Positions 28,960 to 38,591 of a DNA stretch of 64,000 nucleotides are shown piece by piece; position 1 is the stretch's first letter, and each line of letters opens with the position of its first letter. A model generated the notes under the pieces. That model was given only the letters and a program-made list of their open reading frames with translations, ran no database searches and had not been told where the DNA came from. The DNA lies in NCBI GenBank assembly GCA_047284725.1, contig JBJBEO010000001.1, forward strand, positions 2,136,203 through 2,200,202, written 5' to 3'. The translations under genes were made by a program, and so were the position numbers. The DNA is from Synechococcus sp. GTDB lineage: Bacteria > Cyanobacteriota > Cyanobacteriia > PCC-6307 > Cyanobiaceae.

Positions 28960-31116
28960 ATGGACAACAGAATGACAGCAGTTCCCCTTGGCGGATTGCC
29001 TGAGCATCAACCCCGCGGATTGCTGTTACTCACGGCCTGCGTGGCCGGAAGCCTGGGGCTGATCCTCGGCGGCCAAAGCCTGCAGAGCCGCCTGCAGAGC
29101 CAGCTCACACCAGCAACAGCGCCATCGCGGCTCTGGCGTCACTACCGATGGTCATGGGATCCGGCCCAGCGGCGCGAGGCCGCACTGCTCCTGGCGGCCT
29201 TGGATCGCGAATCACCATCGCGCCGCCAACAGCTTCTGCACGGACAGGGATGGGGCACAACCCCCGTGGCGGCAGCCGTGCTGCTGCAACAGGCCAACAC
29301 CGCAGACCAGCTGGGGCAAAGCGAACTCAGCAGGTCCCGTTGGCAGCAGCTCTGGACACGCTTCCCAGGCAACCCGCTGAGTGCCGATGCGGCGTATCAC
29401 CTCAGCGCTGAAGAGCCGAGCCTCAACGCCGCGCTGCTGACGCGTTTCCCTGCCCACCCTGCGGCCCTGGAACGGGCGGTGCACACAGGAAACGCGCTGC
29501 ATCTGGCCCAGAACGGTCCGGGGCACCCCGGCGCCGAATCCGTGATCCGCGCCGCCTGCCAGGCCAGTGGCACCGAGCCAACTGACCAGGCTGCTGGCCA
29601 GCGGCAGATCTTGGCCCGAGCCCTGGCTGACCTGGGTGATGGTGCCAGCGGCCTGGCTTGTTTACAGGGCGCCACACCACAACCAGCCACTGCCCTGAGC
29701 ATTGGCCGAGCCCTGGTGCGAGGCACCACGGATCAACGAAGACAGGGCGAACAGCTCCTGGTGGCCATGGCCCGCTATGAGGCCGATGCAGAGACCGAGG
29801 ACGAGGACGCAATTCCCAGCACCGAGCGTCTGGAAGCGGCTCGCCTGCTGAGCGAACCCCTGCAACCCGATGCCAGCCTGCTGGCTCAACTGCCACCGTC
29901 CCTGCGGCGTCATTCAGCCGATGTCGCTGCTGCCGAGGTGAGACTCGGGAGCAGGCCAGCCGCCAGCGTGTTTGAGCAATGGCCCCAGCATCCCGCCAGC
30001 TGGCAGCTGCAGTGGGATCTGGCCCGTTCTGATCTGCTCGCCAGGCGCTGGAACCAAGCTGAAGCCTGGCTCCTGGCACTGGATCCAGCCACCCTGCCGG
30101 AACCCCTCGCCGCTCGCCAGCGTTTCTGGCTGGGATTCAGTCAGGTCAAACAGGGCCGCAGCAACGATGCGATGCATCAGTGGACAACCCTGCTGCAACA
30201 GCATCCCCCTGGTTATTACACATGGCGGGCCACCGTTCGCCTAGGGGAGAGTCCAATGGGCACTGGCCTTCGACAGCGTGCCGGCACAAGACTCAACGTC
30301 CCGAGGCTGATGGAGACCAACGCGTCAGCCACCTCTGCAATCTCATCCGCCCAGCCGTGGCAACCCCTCGGCAGCGGCAATTCCTTTGTGGACCTGCTCT
30401 GGCGCCTGGGCATGACGCAAGCCGCCTGGGAGAGCTGGCAAAGCCGGGGCCAATCGGAACGTGATGCCAGCGCTGCTCAGCGCAGCGACACCATGACAGG
30501 CGCTCGCCTGCGGCTTGCCATGGGCGATCGCTGGGGTGGGCTGGATGCACTCTGGCGTGCCAGCCTGCGCCTGATCAACCAAGACTGCAACAGCCAACTC
30601 ACCCTGCACCGCTGGCTACACCCCCTGCCGTTCGAACCGGCCTTTGATGCCGCCGCCACCAACGAGCGCGTGCACGAAGCCCTGCTGCGGGCCATCGCCA
30701 AACAGGAGTCACGTTATTCCACCGGCGTTCGCTCTCCGGTGGGGGCACAAGGGCTGATGCAACTGATGCCTGCCACCGCTGCAGAGATGGCCGGAGGCCA
30801 GGTTGAGCCAGGGGATCTCAAAGATGCGGCAACCAACGCCCGTCTGGGAGCCCGCTACCTCCACCACCTGCTGGAACAGTGGGCTGGCAATCCATGGCTC
30901 ACGGTGGCGAGTTACAACGCGGGGCCGGGAGCCGTAGCTGACTGGCTCAGCGATGAACTGGAACACGACAGCGAGCTCTGGGCAGAACGCATTCCTTATC
31001 CGGAAACCCGGATCTACACCAAAAAAGTGCTCGGCAACCTCTGGGCTTATCTGCAACTGGGGCAAGACCACTGTGCCGATGGCGCGACACAGACAGAACA
31101 GACAGTCAAAGACTGA
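28960..31116 (+). CDS. Soluble lytic murein transglycosylase (Slt-like)
   Basis: C-terminal AIAKQES, GAQGLMQLMP.TA, ASYNAGPG and PYPETR.Y motifs; start approximate. Confidence 0.9.
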   Translation: MDNRMTAVPLGGLPEHQPRGLLLLTACVAGSLGLILGGQSLQSRLQSQLTPATAPSRLWRHYRWSWDPAQRREAALLLAALDRESPSRRQQLLHGQGWGTTPVAAAVLLQQANTADQLGQSELSRSRWQQLWTRFPGNPLSADAAYHLSAEEPSLNAALLTRFPAHPAALERAVHTGNALHLAQNGPGHPGAESVIRAACQASGTEPTDQAAGQRQILARALADLGDGASGLACLQGATPQPATALSIGRALVRGTTDQRRQGEQLLVAMARYEADAETEDEDAIPSTERLEAARLLSEPLQPDASLLAQLPPSLRRHSADVAAAEVRLGSRPAASVFEQWPQHPASWQLQWDLARSDLLARRWNQAEAWLLALDPATLPEPLAARQRFWLGFSQVKQGRSNDAMHQWTTLLQQHPPGYYTWRATVRLGESPMGTGLRQRAGTRLNVPRLMETNASATSAISSAQPWQPLGSGNSFVDLLWRLGMTQAAWESWQSRGQSERDASAAQRSDTMTGARLRLAMGDRWGGLDALWRASLRLINQDCNSQLTLHRWLHPLPFEPAFDAAATNERVHEALLRAIAKQESRYSTGVRSPVGAQGLMQLMPATAAEMAGGQVEPGDLKDAATNARLGARYLHHLLEQWAGNPWLTVASYNAGPGAVADWLSDELEHDSELWAERIPYPETRIYTKKVLGNLWAYLQLGQDHCADGATQTEQTVKD

Positions 31117-31609
31117 CTGACGCCGGCGTCGCCCACGACCAGAAAGGGCTGGGGAGACTGTGACCCAACCAAATTCCAGAGAGCACAATCGCACTCATCC
31201 AGAAGGCCATCACCGCAGGAGAGGGGACGACCCGAATGCGCGTGAGATCCAGACGGGCCAGCAGCACGGCCGACGCGAGGATCAACACATCTGCCAACAG
31301 CTTGAGCTGTAAAAGGTAGAGACCGCCGGTGATCACCAGCAGGAGAGTGACCACCAGGCTGAACACCCGACTGGAGGCCATCACCATTGAAATCTGCCGC
31401 AGCAACAGGTCAGGCATGGTGCAAATGATCACCACCACCAGGGCCTGGACAACCTCCACGGCCCAGTAGAGATGAGGGTCAAGGCCTTTGTTCTGCATCA
31501 ACTCGGCCTGAAACACCGTCCAGTGATTGCCCATCACCGTGGCCACAGCGAAGAGGAGCAGCACAAGGGGCGCCCTGAACGGCAAGAGGAGAAACCGCAG
31601 CAGCGGCAT
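31106..31609 (-). CDS. Hypothetical membrane protein
   Basis: 167 aa with four or five hydrophobic segments. Confidence 0.75.
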   Translation of the reverse strand: MPLLRFLLLPFRAPLVLLLFAVATVMGNHWTVFQAELMQNKGLDPHLYWAVEVVQALVVVIICTMPDLLLRQISMVMASSRVFSLVVTLLLVITGGLYLLQLKLLADVLILASAVLLARLDLTRIRVVPSPAVMAFWMSAIVLSGIWLGHSLPSPFWSWATPASVSL

Positions 31610-31690
31610 CGGCAGCAGCCCGAGAGAAAAAAGCTAGCAACAGCAGCCTGAAAGGCCTGCCAAAGTGAGAATCAGTTTTGCTTTGACGGC

Positions 31691-32251
31691 ATGACCGGAA
31701 AGCCAGTGTCAGCCAGCTTGAACGTCGTTCAGAAGGCCTTGCTTCTGGTCAGTGCAGTGGTGTTGGCGGTGGTGCTGTTCCTTCTCCGCAATGGCATGTC
31801 GACGGAATCACCGATGGATCAACTCGCCCGTCGATCGCTCCAACCCGAAGTGGCTCTGAGCAACAACACACCAACAATGCTCGAGTTTTACGCCGACTGG
31901 TGTGAGGCCTGCCGGGAAATGGCCCCAGCGATGCTCGACACCGAACGGCGCACCAACGGCCGGATGGACGTGGTGTTGGTCAATATCGACAACCCCCAGT
32001 GGCAAGACCTGATCGACCGCTACGACGTCAACGGCATCCCCCAGCTGAATCTCTTCAGCGCAACAGGTCAGATGCGGGGGCGCTCCCTTGGCCTGCGAAC
32101 CGCACCCCAACTGGCGGCGCTGAGTACTGCTCTGATCAACAACACCCCCCTGCCCCAATTCGCCGGCATCGGCAGCATCAGCAGCCTTGAAGCTGCGGAC
32201 GCGATTGCAACAGCCTCGGCCACCAGTGCCAGTCCGCGCAGCCATGGCTGA
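31691..32251 (+). CDS. txlA: Membrane-anchored thioredoxin-like protein (TxlA/HCF164 type)
   Basis: N-terminal TM segment, EFYADWCEAC, V.GIP. Confidence 0.88.
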   Translation: MTGKPVSASLNVVQKALLLVSAVVLAVVLFLLRNGMSTESPMDQLARRSLQPEVALSNNTPTMLEFYADWCEACREMAPAMLDTERRTNGRMDVVLVNIDNPQWQDLIDRYDVNGIPQLNLFSATGQMRGRSLGLRTAPQLAALSTALINNTPLPQFAGIGSISSLEAADAIATASATSASPRSHG

Positions 32252-32305
32252 CGAAAACAGGCATGATCATCCCGTCATCACTCCAATACCAAACCACCCC
32301 CTGCC

Positions 32306-33031
32306 ATGGATCCCCGCTTTCGGGTCGACCTGATCGCCGCCACCCCCAACCCGCAGCAATGCGTGTATGCCGGCATGCATCAGGATTACAGCGAGGGCTT
32401 CGTTGCCGGGGATCGCGAGCAATGGCCCGATGAAACCCGTGCAGGCGAAATCTGCGTCAAGCGCCTCCTGGCTGGTGAGAGAGGCCATTACGGACCGCTG
32501 GAACATGCTCAGATCGTGCTGAACGTCGGCTGGTTTCCCCACTCGGTGATGCAGCAGGCCCGCACCCACCGAGTCGGGGTGAGCTTCGATGTGCAGTCCA
32601 TGCGCTACACCGGCGATCGCATCTGCAAGGCCGCCAACGGTGAGCTGCCACTCGAGGAGGTGTTCTATCTCCGCCCTGTCGGCACCTACAGCGATCGCCA
32701 AGGTAAGAAATACGCCTACACCGACAGCCTTCGCGATCAAGACCTACAGCTCTGCCAGCAGGCTGCGGACCGGTACCGCTATCTGCTTCAGGCTGGCTTC
32801 GCCGAAGAGCACGCTCGCGGCATACTCCCCTTTGATTACCGCCAGCACTTCGTCGTGAGCTTCAGCCTGCGGGCTTTCCTCCACTTCATGGATCTGCGGG
32901 CCAAGCTCGATGCCCAGCAAGAGATCAGGGAATTATGCGATTTGCTCTGGCCACACCTTGAGGCCTGGGCTCCGGAGTTCGCTGGTTGGTACGAAAAAAC
33001 CAGATTGCACAGAGCACGACTGGCGCCCTGA
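32306..33031 (+). CDS. thyX: FAD-dependent thymidylate synthase
   Basis: GHYGPLEH, RTHR...SFDVQS.RY and E.AR motifs. Confidence 0.95.
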   Translation: MDPRFRVDLIAATPNPQQCVYAGMHQDYSEGFVAGDREQWPDETRAGEICVKRLLAGERGHYGPLEHAQIVLNVGWFPHSVMQQARTHRVGVSFDVQSMRYTGDRICKAANGELPLEEVFYLRPVGTYSDRQGKKYAYTDSLRDQDLQLCQQAADRYRYLLQAGFAEEHARGILPFDYRQHFVVSFSLRAFLHFMDLRAKLDAQQEIRELCDLLWPHLEAWAPEFAGWYEKTRLHRARLAP

Positions 33032-33062
33032 GGACGCAAGCTTGGTGATCAGCATGAGCGAC

Positions 33063-33656
33063 TCAAACCTTCGCCAAGGTCACGCGCTCAGGCTGGTGCT
33101 GGTATTTGCCTTGCCGATCGCTGTAGGTGGTGGCGCAGGGGTCACCTTCAAAGAACAAGAGCTGGCAAATCCCTTCATTGGCATAGATACGGCAATCTGC
33201 GCCTGAGCTGTTGCTGAATTCCAAAGTCAGATGTCCTTCCCAGCTGGCCTCAGCCGGCGTGGTGTTCACGATGATGCCCAGGCGGGCATAGGTGCTCTTG
33301 CCCAGGCAGATCACAGTGATGTTCGGCGGCACCTTCATCTTTTCAAGCGCCACACCCAGTCCGTAGGAATGGGCCGGAAGAATGAAGTAGTCGCCATCCT
33401 CATCGTGGTGAAGTTCCGTTGGTTCGAGGTTGGCGGGGTTGAACCGTTTGGGGTTCATCACCGTGCCAGGCACGTGCTTGAAGATCAGAAACTCCTGCGA
33501 TGACAGGCGCAGGTCATAGCCATACGAAGAGCAACCAAAACTGAGCACAGGCCGTTGCCTTTGATCCGGTTCCAGGTGCCGCACGAGGCCAACCTGGAAG
33601 GGCTCAAGCATCCCCAGGGCGGCCTGCTCGGTGATCCAGCGATCGTTCTTGAGCAT
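33063..33656 (-). CDS. dcd: dCTP deaminase
   Basis: SSYGYDLRL, GKSTYAR, W.G.LTLE and YANEGICQ motifs. Confidence 0.96.
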   Translation of the reverse strand: MLKNDRWITEQAALGMLEPFQVGLVRHLEPDQRQRPVLSFGCSSYGYDLRLSSQEFLIFKHVPGTVMNPKRFNPANLEPTELHHDEDGDYFILPAHSYGLGVALEKMKVPPNITVICLGKSTYARLGIIVNTTPAEASWEGHLTLEFSNSSGADCRIYANEGICQLLFFEGDPCATTYSDRQGKYQHQPERVTLAKV

Positions 33657-34267
33657 CAGAAGCCTCGACGCAATTCAGTGACCTGATCGGCCATCTCCAT
33701 CACGGAGTCTGGAATAGATGGGCCCGTGATGATCACATCCATCGAGCCAGGGCGCTGCTCAAGCGTGCTTCGCACCTCCTGCTCATCGAGATAACCCAAG
33801 GCGACAGCCAAACCGAGTTCATCGAGCACCAACTGGTCAAGATCACCACTGAGCAGATGGGCTCGACACACGCTCCACAAGGCCATGACGGCATCCCTGG
33901 TCGTGACGTCCTGACCTGAAGCAGCGTCGGAGAGACAGCAGGCCACATCAGGGCGCAGCCACTGCAGCCGACCGCAGAGCGTGAGACGCCGATCCGGCCC
34001 TTGCGCCACACCACCCTTGAGGAATTGCACCACCATCACGTGACTGCCAAGACCCGCAGCACGAAGCGCCTGACTCATCACCGTGGAAAAGCTGCCGCGA
34101 TACGAAGCCGTATGCACCTGGAGGTGCCCCTCGGGCGACACCAGATACAGGGGGGGTGGAGGTGTGAGCTGAGGCAATGGGTGCAAGCCCGCACGCTCCA
34201 AGGTCCGGTGATCCGCCAGGGAGGTCTCACCGGGACGATGGCTGGTGCTGAAGCTGGCTGTCATCAA
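33656..34267 (-). CDS. CobO/BtuR (cob(I)yrinate adenosyltransferase)-like protein with a degenerate P-loop
   Basis: RAAG.G..V.VVQFLKG, VLDEL, VIITG and ADQVTE motifs; stop overlaps the dcd start (TGATG). Confidence 0.85.
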   Translation of the reverse strand: MMTASFSTSHRPGETSLADHRTLERAGLHPLPQLTPPPPLYLVSPEGHLQVHTASYRGSFSTVMSQALRAAGLGSHVMVVQFLKGGVAQGPDRRLTLCGRLQWLRPDVACCLSDAASGQDVTTRDAVMALWSVCRAHLLSGDLDQLVLDELGLAVALGYLDEQEVRSTLEQRPGSMDVIITGPSIPDSVMEMADQVTELRRGF

Positions 34268-34339
34268 AATCTCGTCGCGTCCGGGTCGGGCCCGCTGGAT
34301 TCAAACCTAGCGCCGCCGTTCAAGTTCACAAGCCTTTTG

Positions 34340-34355
34340 ACACTATCCCTGGTGT
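34340..34355. promoter_or_regulatory. Candidate NrdR box
   Basis: ACACTATCCCTGGTGT is a 16-bp imperfect palindrome resembling acaCwAtATaTwGtgt, upstream of the operon containing dcd. Confidence 0.5.
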
Positions 34356-34468
34356 CACGGCCCGGCGGAACGGTGTCAACGCTTACCCAGGGTTCTCCAC
34401 AACCCAGCAGCAACGACATCGCATCCCCTGGCAGGCTCAAGCCATCGCAACCGAATCACCCCTGACCG

Positions 34469-35215
34469 ATGTCGACCCCTTCCTTCCCAGAGGCCACGAA
34501 AGACCGCCATGACGGCAGGGACGCATCGACGCTGCGGCCTTTCTCGATCGAATGGGACCCCATGGGCTTTGCCATCAGCTCCCTGATCGTGCGCGCAGGA
34601 CGCACCACAGTGCTCTGCAGCGTGTGTCACGAAGAGGGTGTCCCTCGCTGGCGCAAGGGCCAGGGCAAGGGTTGGCTGAGCGCCGAATACCGACTGCTCC
34701 CCGGCTCAACCCCCGAACGCCAACGCCGGGAACTGCTCAAACTCTCCGGTCGAACCCAGGAGATCCAACGTCTGATTGGCCGCAGCCTGCGGGCGAGCAT
34801 TGACATGGAAGCGCTCGGCGAAAACACCCTGCTCATCGACTGCGATGTGATTCAGGCTGATGCAGGCACCCGCACCGCCTCCATCACAGGCGCCTGGGTG
34901 GCCCTGCAGCACGCCTGCAACACCCTGCTGACGCAAGGCTGCGTCGAACGGCAACCCGTTCTTCAGCAGGTGGCCGCGGTCTCCGTCGGGATCGTGCAGG
35001 GCGTTCCCCTGCTCGACCTTGACTACAGCGAAGACAGTCAAGCGGATGTCGATCTGAATGTGGTGATGGACAGCAACAACCACCTCCTGGAGATTCAGGG
35101 AACCGCTGAAGGTGCCGCCTTCAGCCGCACCGAACTGAATGGGCTACTCGATCTGACCGAACCAGGCCTGCGTCAGTTGATGGCCGCCCAGCGGCTGGCC
35201 CTAAGCAATCGCTGA
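34469..35215 (+). CDS. rph: Ribonuclease PH
   Basis: GWLSAEY.LLP.ST, GRTQEIQRLIGRSLR, QADAGTRTASITG and EIQGTAEG motifs. Confidence 0.97.
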   Translation: MSTPSFPEATKDRHDGRDASTLRPFSIEWDPMGFAISSLIVRAGRTTVLCSVCHEEGVPRWRKGQGKGWLSAEYRLLPGSTPERQRRELLKLSGRTQEIQRLIGRSLRASIDMEALGENTLLIDCDVIQADAGTRTASITGAWVALQHACNTLLTQGCVERQPVLQQVAAVSVGIVQGVPLLDLDYSEDSQADVDLNVVMDSNNHLLEIQGTAEGAAFSRTELNGLLDLTEPGLRQLMAAQRLALSNR

Positions 35216-35220
35216 ATTCG

Positions 35221-35262
35221 GTACCCGTTGCTACATGGGAGACCAGGGGGGATCCTTAGCGT
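35221..35262 (+). promoter_or_regulatory. Canonical NtcA-activated promoter of ntcA
   Basis: GTA-CCCGTTGC-TAC (35221-35234), a 22-nt spacer, then -10 TAGCGT (35257-35262), matching GTAN8TAC-N22-TAN3T. Confidence 0.85.
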
Positions 35263-35286
35263 CCTTCGAACTGCAGTAGAGCCTTC

Positions 35287-36012
35287 ATGTCTGGAGTCAT
35301 GCACGGCTTCAGCCGTACCGTCTCTCCTCCCAAAGCGGCTTTCAGCCAAGCCGCGCCAGATCAGAAAGCCCGCACCCTGCTGGATGTGCTTCGCAATCTG
35401 GAGGGTGCCACCACCGAAATGGTGGAACGCGGCAAAACCATCTTTTTCCCTGGTGATCCCGCAGAAAGGGTGTACCTGATCCGACGAGGTGCCGTGCGTC
35501 TGTCTCGTGTGTATGAGTCCGGCGAGGAGATCACTGTGGCGCTCCTGCGCGAGAACAGCCTTTTCGGCGTTCTCTCGCTGCTCACAGGTCATCGATCCGA
35601 CCGCTTCTATCACTCCGTGGCCTTCACACGCGTGGAGATGCTCACGGCGCCTGCAGCGTCGGTACGCCAAGCCATCGAAGCCGATTCCGGCGTTGGCCTG
35701 CTGCTGCTTCAAGGCCTCTCGAGCCGGATCCTGCAAACCGAAACCATGATTGAAACCCTCACCCACCGCGACATGTCGTCACGGCTGGTGAGCTTCCTTC
35801 TGGTGCTTTGCAGGGACTTCGGCGTTCCCGATGATCGCGGCATCACCATCGATCTCCGCCTATCCCATCAAGCCATCGCTGAAGCGATCGGTTCGACCCG
35901 AGTGACGATCACCCGCCTGCTCGGGGATTTGCGCAATTCGGGGCTAGTGGAGATCGATCGCAAAAAAATCACGGTGCTCGATCCGATTGCTCTGGCCAAA
36001 AAATTCAGCTGA
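35287..36012 (+). CDS. ntcA: Global nitrogen regulator NtcA
   Basis: [28 protein letters not shown] and [25 protein letters not shown]. Confidence 0.98.
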   Translation: MSGVMHGFSRTVSPPKAAFSQAAPDQKARTLLDVLRNLEGATTEMVERGKTIFFPGDPAERVYLIRRGAVRLSRVYESGEEITVALLRENSLFGVLSLLTGHRSDRFYHSVAFTRVEMLTAPAASVRQAIEADSGVGLLLLQGLSSRILQTETMIETLTHRDMSSRLVSFLLVLCRDFGVPDDRGITIDLRLSHQAIAEAIGSTRVTITRLLGDLRNSGLVEIDRKKITVLDPIALAKKFS

Positions 36013-36073
36013 CACTGTCTCAGGCGACAATGCAGAGAGGTTGGCCCGGACATTCACCGACCACTAGGGACCG

Positions 36074-37282
36074 TTGACCGGCTGGCTTCTCATTCTCATT
36101 CTGCTGGTGCTCGGGGGCGTCCTTGCTCCCTTGGGTGATCGCTTGGGTACGCGTGTCGGCAAGGCCCGTCTCAGCCTTCTCGGCCTCAGGCCCCGCAACA
36201 CGGCAGTCGTGATTACGGTGCTCACCGGAAGCCTGATCTCAGCCCTGTCGCTGGGACTGATGCTGCTGGTGAGCCGACAACTGCGCGTCGGCCTGTTCGA
36301 GCTCAATACGCTGCAAGCGAAATTGAAGTCGAGCCGCAACGAGCTGGAACGCAGCCGTGCAGCCCAGGCCAAGGTTGCCCTGGAACTGGAGCAAGCCCAA
36401 TCGGAACGACAACGAGCCCGTCAAGATTTCACAGCAGCCCAGGCCAAAGTGGATGCGTTGCGCAAGGCCCTTGTTCCCCTCCAGCAACAACGCCAAGGCC
36501 TCGAGGCAGAGAGGCAGCGACTGAGCCGGGATGTGCAGGCCCGTGACGCTGAAATCCAGCGCACAGAAAAGGAGCTGGCCGATGTGCGAGCACGTATCAG
36601 CGCCGGTGAGAACGAATTACGCGAACTCGAGCAACAACGGCTGGCTCTGCGCTTGGGCAGCGTGGTGTTGAGCAGCGGCCAACCCCTGGCGACAGCCACC
36701 CTTCGCCTCGACAATCCGGGACAGGCGAAACAGGTGATCGACAAGTTGCTGCAGGAAGCCAATCTGCAGGCCTACCAACGCGTGCTGCCAGAAGAGAAGC
36801 CAGACCGACAAATCCTTCTGGTGCCACGCAATGACATCGAACGCCTCGAAGCCACGATCCAAAAGCCAGGCACCTGGGTTGTGAATATCCGCTCCGCCGC
36901 CAATGTTCTGCTCGGCGAAAAAGTGGTGTACGCCTTTCCGGAGGCAAGGCCCAACACCACCGTGGTGCAACGTGATGCTGTGCTGGCAACCACGGCCGTG
37001 GAGCGAGAGGAAATCAGCCCTGAGGCCATACGGAATCGCCTCAACCTTCTGCTGGCCTCCGCCTTGGCGGAGGCCCAGCGCCGAGGGTCTCTCGTCCAGG
37101 GCCTCCAATTTGACGCCAACGACCTCAATCAACTGGGGACAACTTTGCTGAGACGCTCCCCCTCCCGCGTTGCCCTCAAGGTCATCGCCATCGAGGCCAG
37201 TGATACGGCAGAGCCGGTGGTGATCAGGGTCCAACCCATCGGCGACATTCCTCAACCACGTTCTGTCGATCGCCGTGATTGA
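36074..37282 (+). CDS. DUF3084-like membrane-anchored coiled-coil protein
   Basis: GD.LG..VGKARLSL.GLRPR.TA motif, TM segments, long coiled coil. Confidence 0.85.
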   Translation: MTGWLLILILLVLGGVLAPLGDRLGTRVGKARLSLLGLRPRNTAVVITVLTGSLISALSLGLMLLVSRQLRVGLFELNTLQAKLKSSRNELERSRAAQAKVALELEQAQSERQRARQDFTAAQAKVDALRKALVPLQQQRQGLEAERQRLSRDVQARDAEIQRTEKELADVRARISAGENELRELEQQRLALRLGSVVLSSGQPLATATLRLDNPGQAKQVIDKLLQEANLQAYQRVLPEEKPDRQILLVPRNDIERLEATIQKPGTWVVNIRSAANVLLGEKVVYAFPEARPNTTVVQRDAVLATTAVEREEISPEAIRNRLNLLLASALAEAQRRGSLVQGLQFDANDLNQLGTTLLRRSPSRVALKVIAIEASDTAEPVVIRVQPIGDIPQPRSVDRRD

Positions 37283-37736
37283 GCCAAGCCAATCGATCGC
37301 GGCGATCGATCCAGGCCGCAGCAAATGCGGACTCGTGCTGGCGGATCCCATCACAAATGAAGTGATCGATGTGCTGGTGATCCCCGCCGATCAACTCTGT
37401 GACCAACTGACGCAGTGGCATGTCCACGCACCGTTGCGTGAACTGGTGATTGGCAACGGCACCTCCAGCAAGCAGTGGCAAGCGCAGATCGCACACCTTG
37501 CCCCGTTGGTGGAGGTGAATGAAGCCGGCACCACATTGCGGGCGCGCGAGCGCTACTGGCAGATCTGGCCCCCGCGGGGATGGCGCAGGCTTCTGCCGGA
37601 GGGACTGCGACTACCACCCTGCGAACTCGATGGCATCGCAGCCCTGGTGCTGCTGGAAGATCACCTCGGCAGGCGTTTGCATTGTCCATCCCCACCCAGT
37701 CAGGGACCGGGGCTCAGAACCGAGCCCGCACAGTGA
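37275..37736 (+). CDS. YqgF/RuvX-like RNase H-fold nuclease
   Basis: AIDPGRSKCG, VIGNGT and V.E..TTL.AR.RYW motifs. Confidence 0.88.
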   Translation: MIEPSQSIAAIDPGRSKCGLVLADPITNEVIDVLVIPADQLCDQLTQWHVHAPLRELVIGNGTSSKQWQAQIAHLAPLVEVNEAGTTLRARERYWQIWPPRGWRRLLPEGLRLPPCELDGIAALVLLEDHLGRRLHCPSPPSQGPGLRTEPAQ

Positions 37737-37971
37737 AGGTGTAATCGCCTCCCGCCTCCAGGTGATAGTCGGCCTTCACCAGAAACCGCAACAAGGCGTC
37801 TTGAATCAGAGCGCGGCCCAACGACGGTTCCACCATCAACTCACCCCGATCAAAGGCCCAGCTGAATTGCCAGGCAAACCCACCGGCGCTCACTTCGCCT
37901 TCCACACACTTGTCATGGAAGCTCTGGCGCAACACCCGCAGGTGAGCAGTGGTTGACGGCAAGGGCGTCAT
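37714..37971 (-). CDS. DUF3146-like small protein
   Basis: LP.TTA, GEVSAG.F.W.F.W, PSLGRALI and DY.LE.GGDY.F motifs. Confidence 0.85.
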   Translation of the reverse strand: MTPLPSTTAHLRVLRQSFHDKCVEGEVSAGGFAWQFSWAFDRGELMVEPSLGRALIQDALLRFLVKADYHLEAGGDYTFTVRARF

Positions 37972-38591
37972 GCCTTGTCAACCGATTCCAGTTGGAACCC
38001 GTTGAGACGATTGCCGGCTCGCTCAAGGCCTTGACGCTGAATCAGCTCCAGACCACGAAGCACCTCATCGAGGACGTCCTTCAGCAGCGGTTGCTCGGAA
38101 GCATTGAAACTGCCGAGCACATGGGACACAGTGCGAGCTTTTCGCTCTTCCGCAGACCGTCCCGGGGCTCCGATCCCAATCCGCAGCCGGGGGAACTCCT
38201 GGGTACCGAGATGCTGGATCGTGCTCTTCAAGCCATTGTGGCCACCTGCACTTCCCTTGGCCCGCAGCCGCAGACGCCCAAGCGGCAAGTCCATGTCATC
38301 GACCAACACCAGCAATTGGTCTGCCGAAACATCAAACCAATCCAAGGCAGCACGAATGGAGCGACCGCTCTCATTCATGTAGGTCTGGGGCATGAGCAGC
38401 CGCAATCGATCACGACCGAAGCCCACCTCAGCCAACTCAGCTTGAAGCTTGGCCATCGACTTGAAGCGCACGCCTTCGCGCCTGGCAAGCAATTCGAGGG
38501 CCATGAAGCCGACGTTGTGACGGGTACCGGCATAGCGTTGACCAGGGTTGCCGAGCCCCACCACCAGGCGGAGATCACCGGTTTGCATCAA
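37968..38591 (-). CDS. pth: Peptidyl-tRNA hydrolase
   Basis: VGLGNPG..Y..TRHNVGF, PQTYMN.SG and GGHNGLKS motifs. Confidence 0.97.
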   Translation of the reverse strand: MMQTGDLRLVVGLGNPGQRYAGTRHNVGFMALELLARREGVRFKSMAKLQAELAEVGFGRDRLRLLMPQTYMNESGRSIRAALDWFDVSADQLLVLVDDMDLPLGRLRLRAKGSAGGHNGLKSTIQHLGTQEFPRLRIGIGAPGRSAEERKARTVSHVLGSFNASEQPLLKDVLDEVLRGLELIQRQGLERAGNRLNGFQLESVDKA

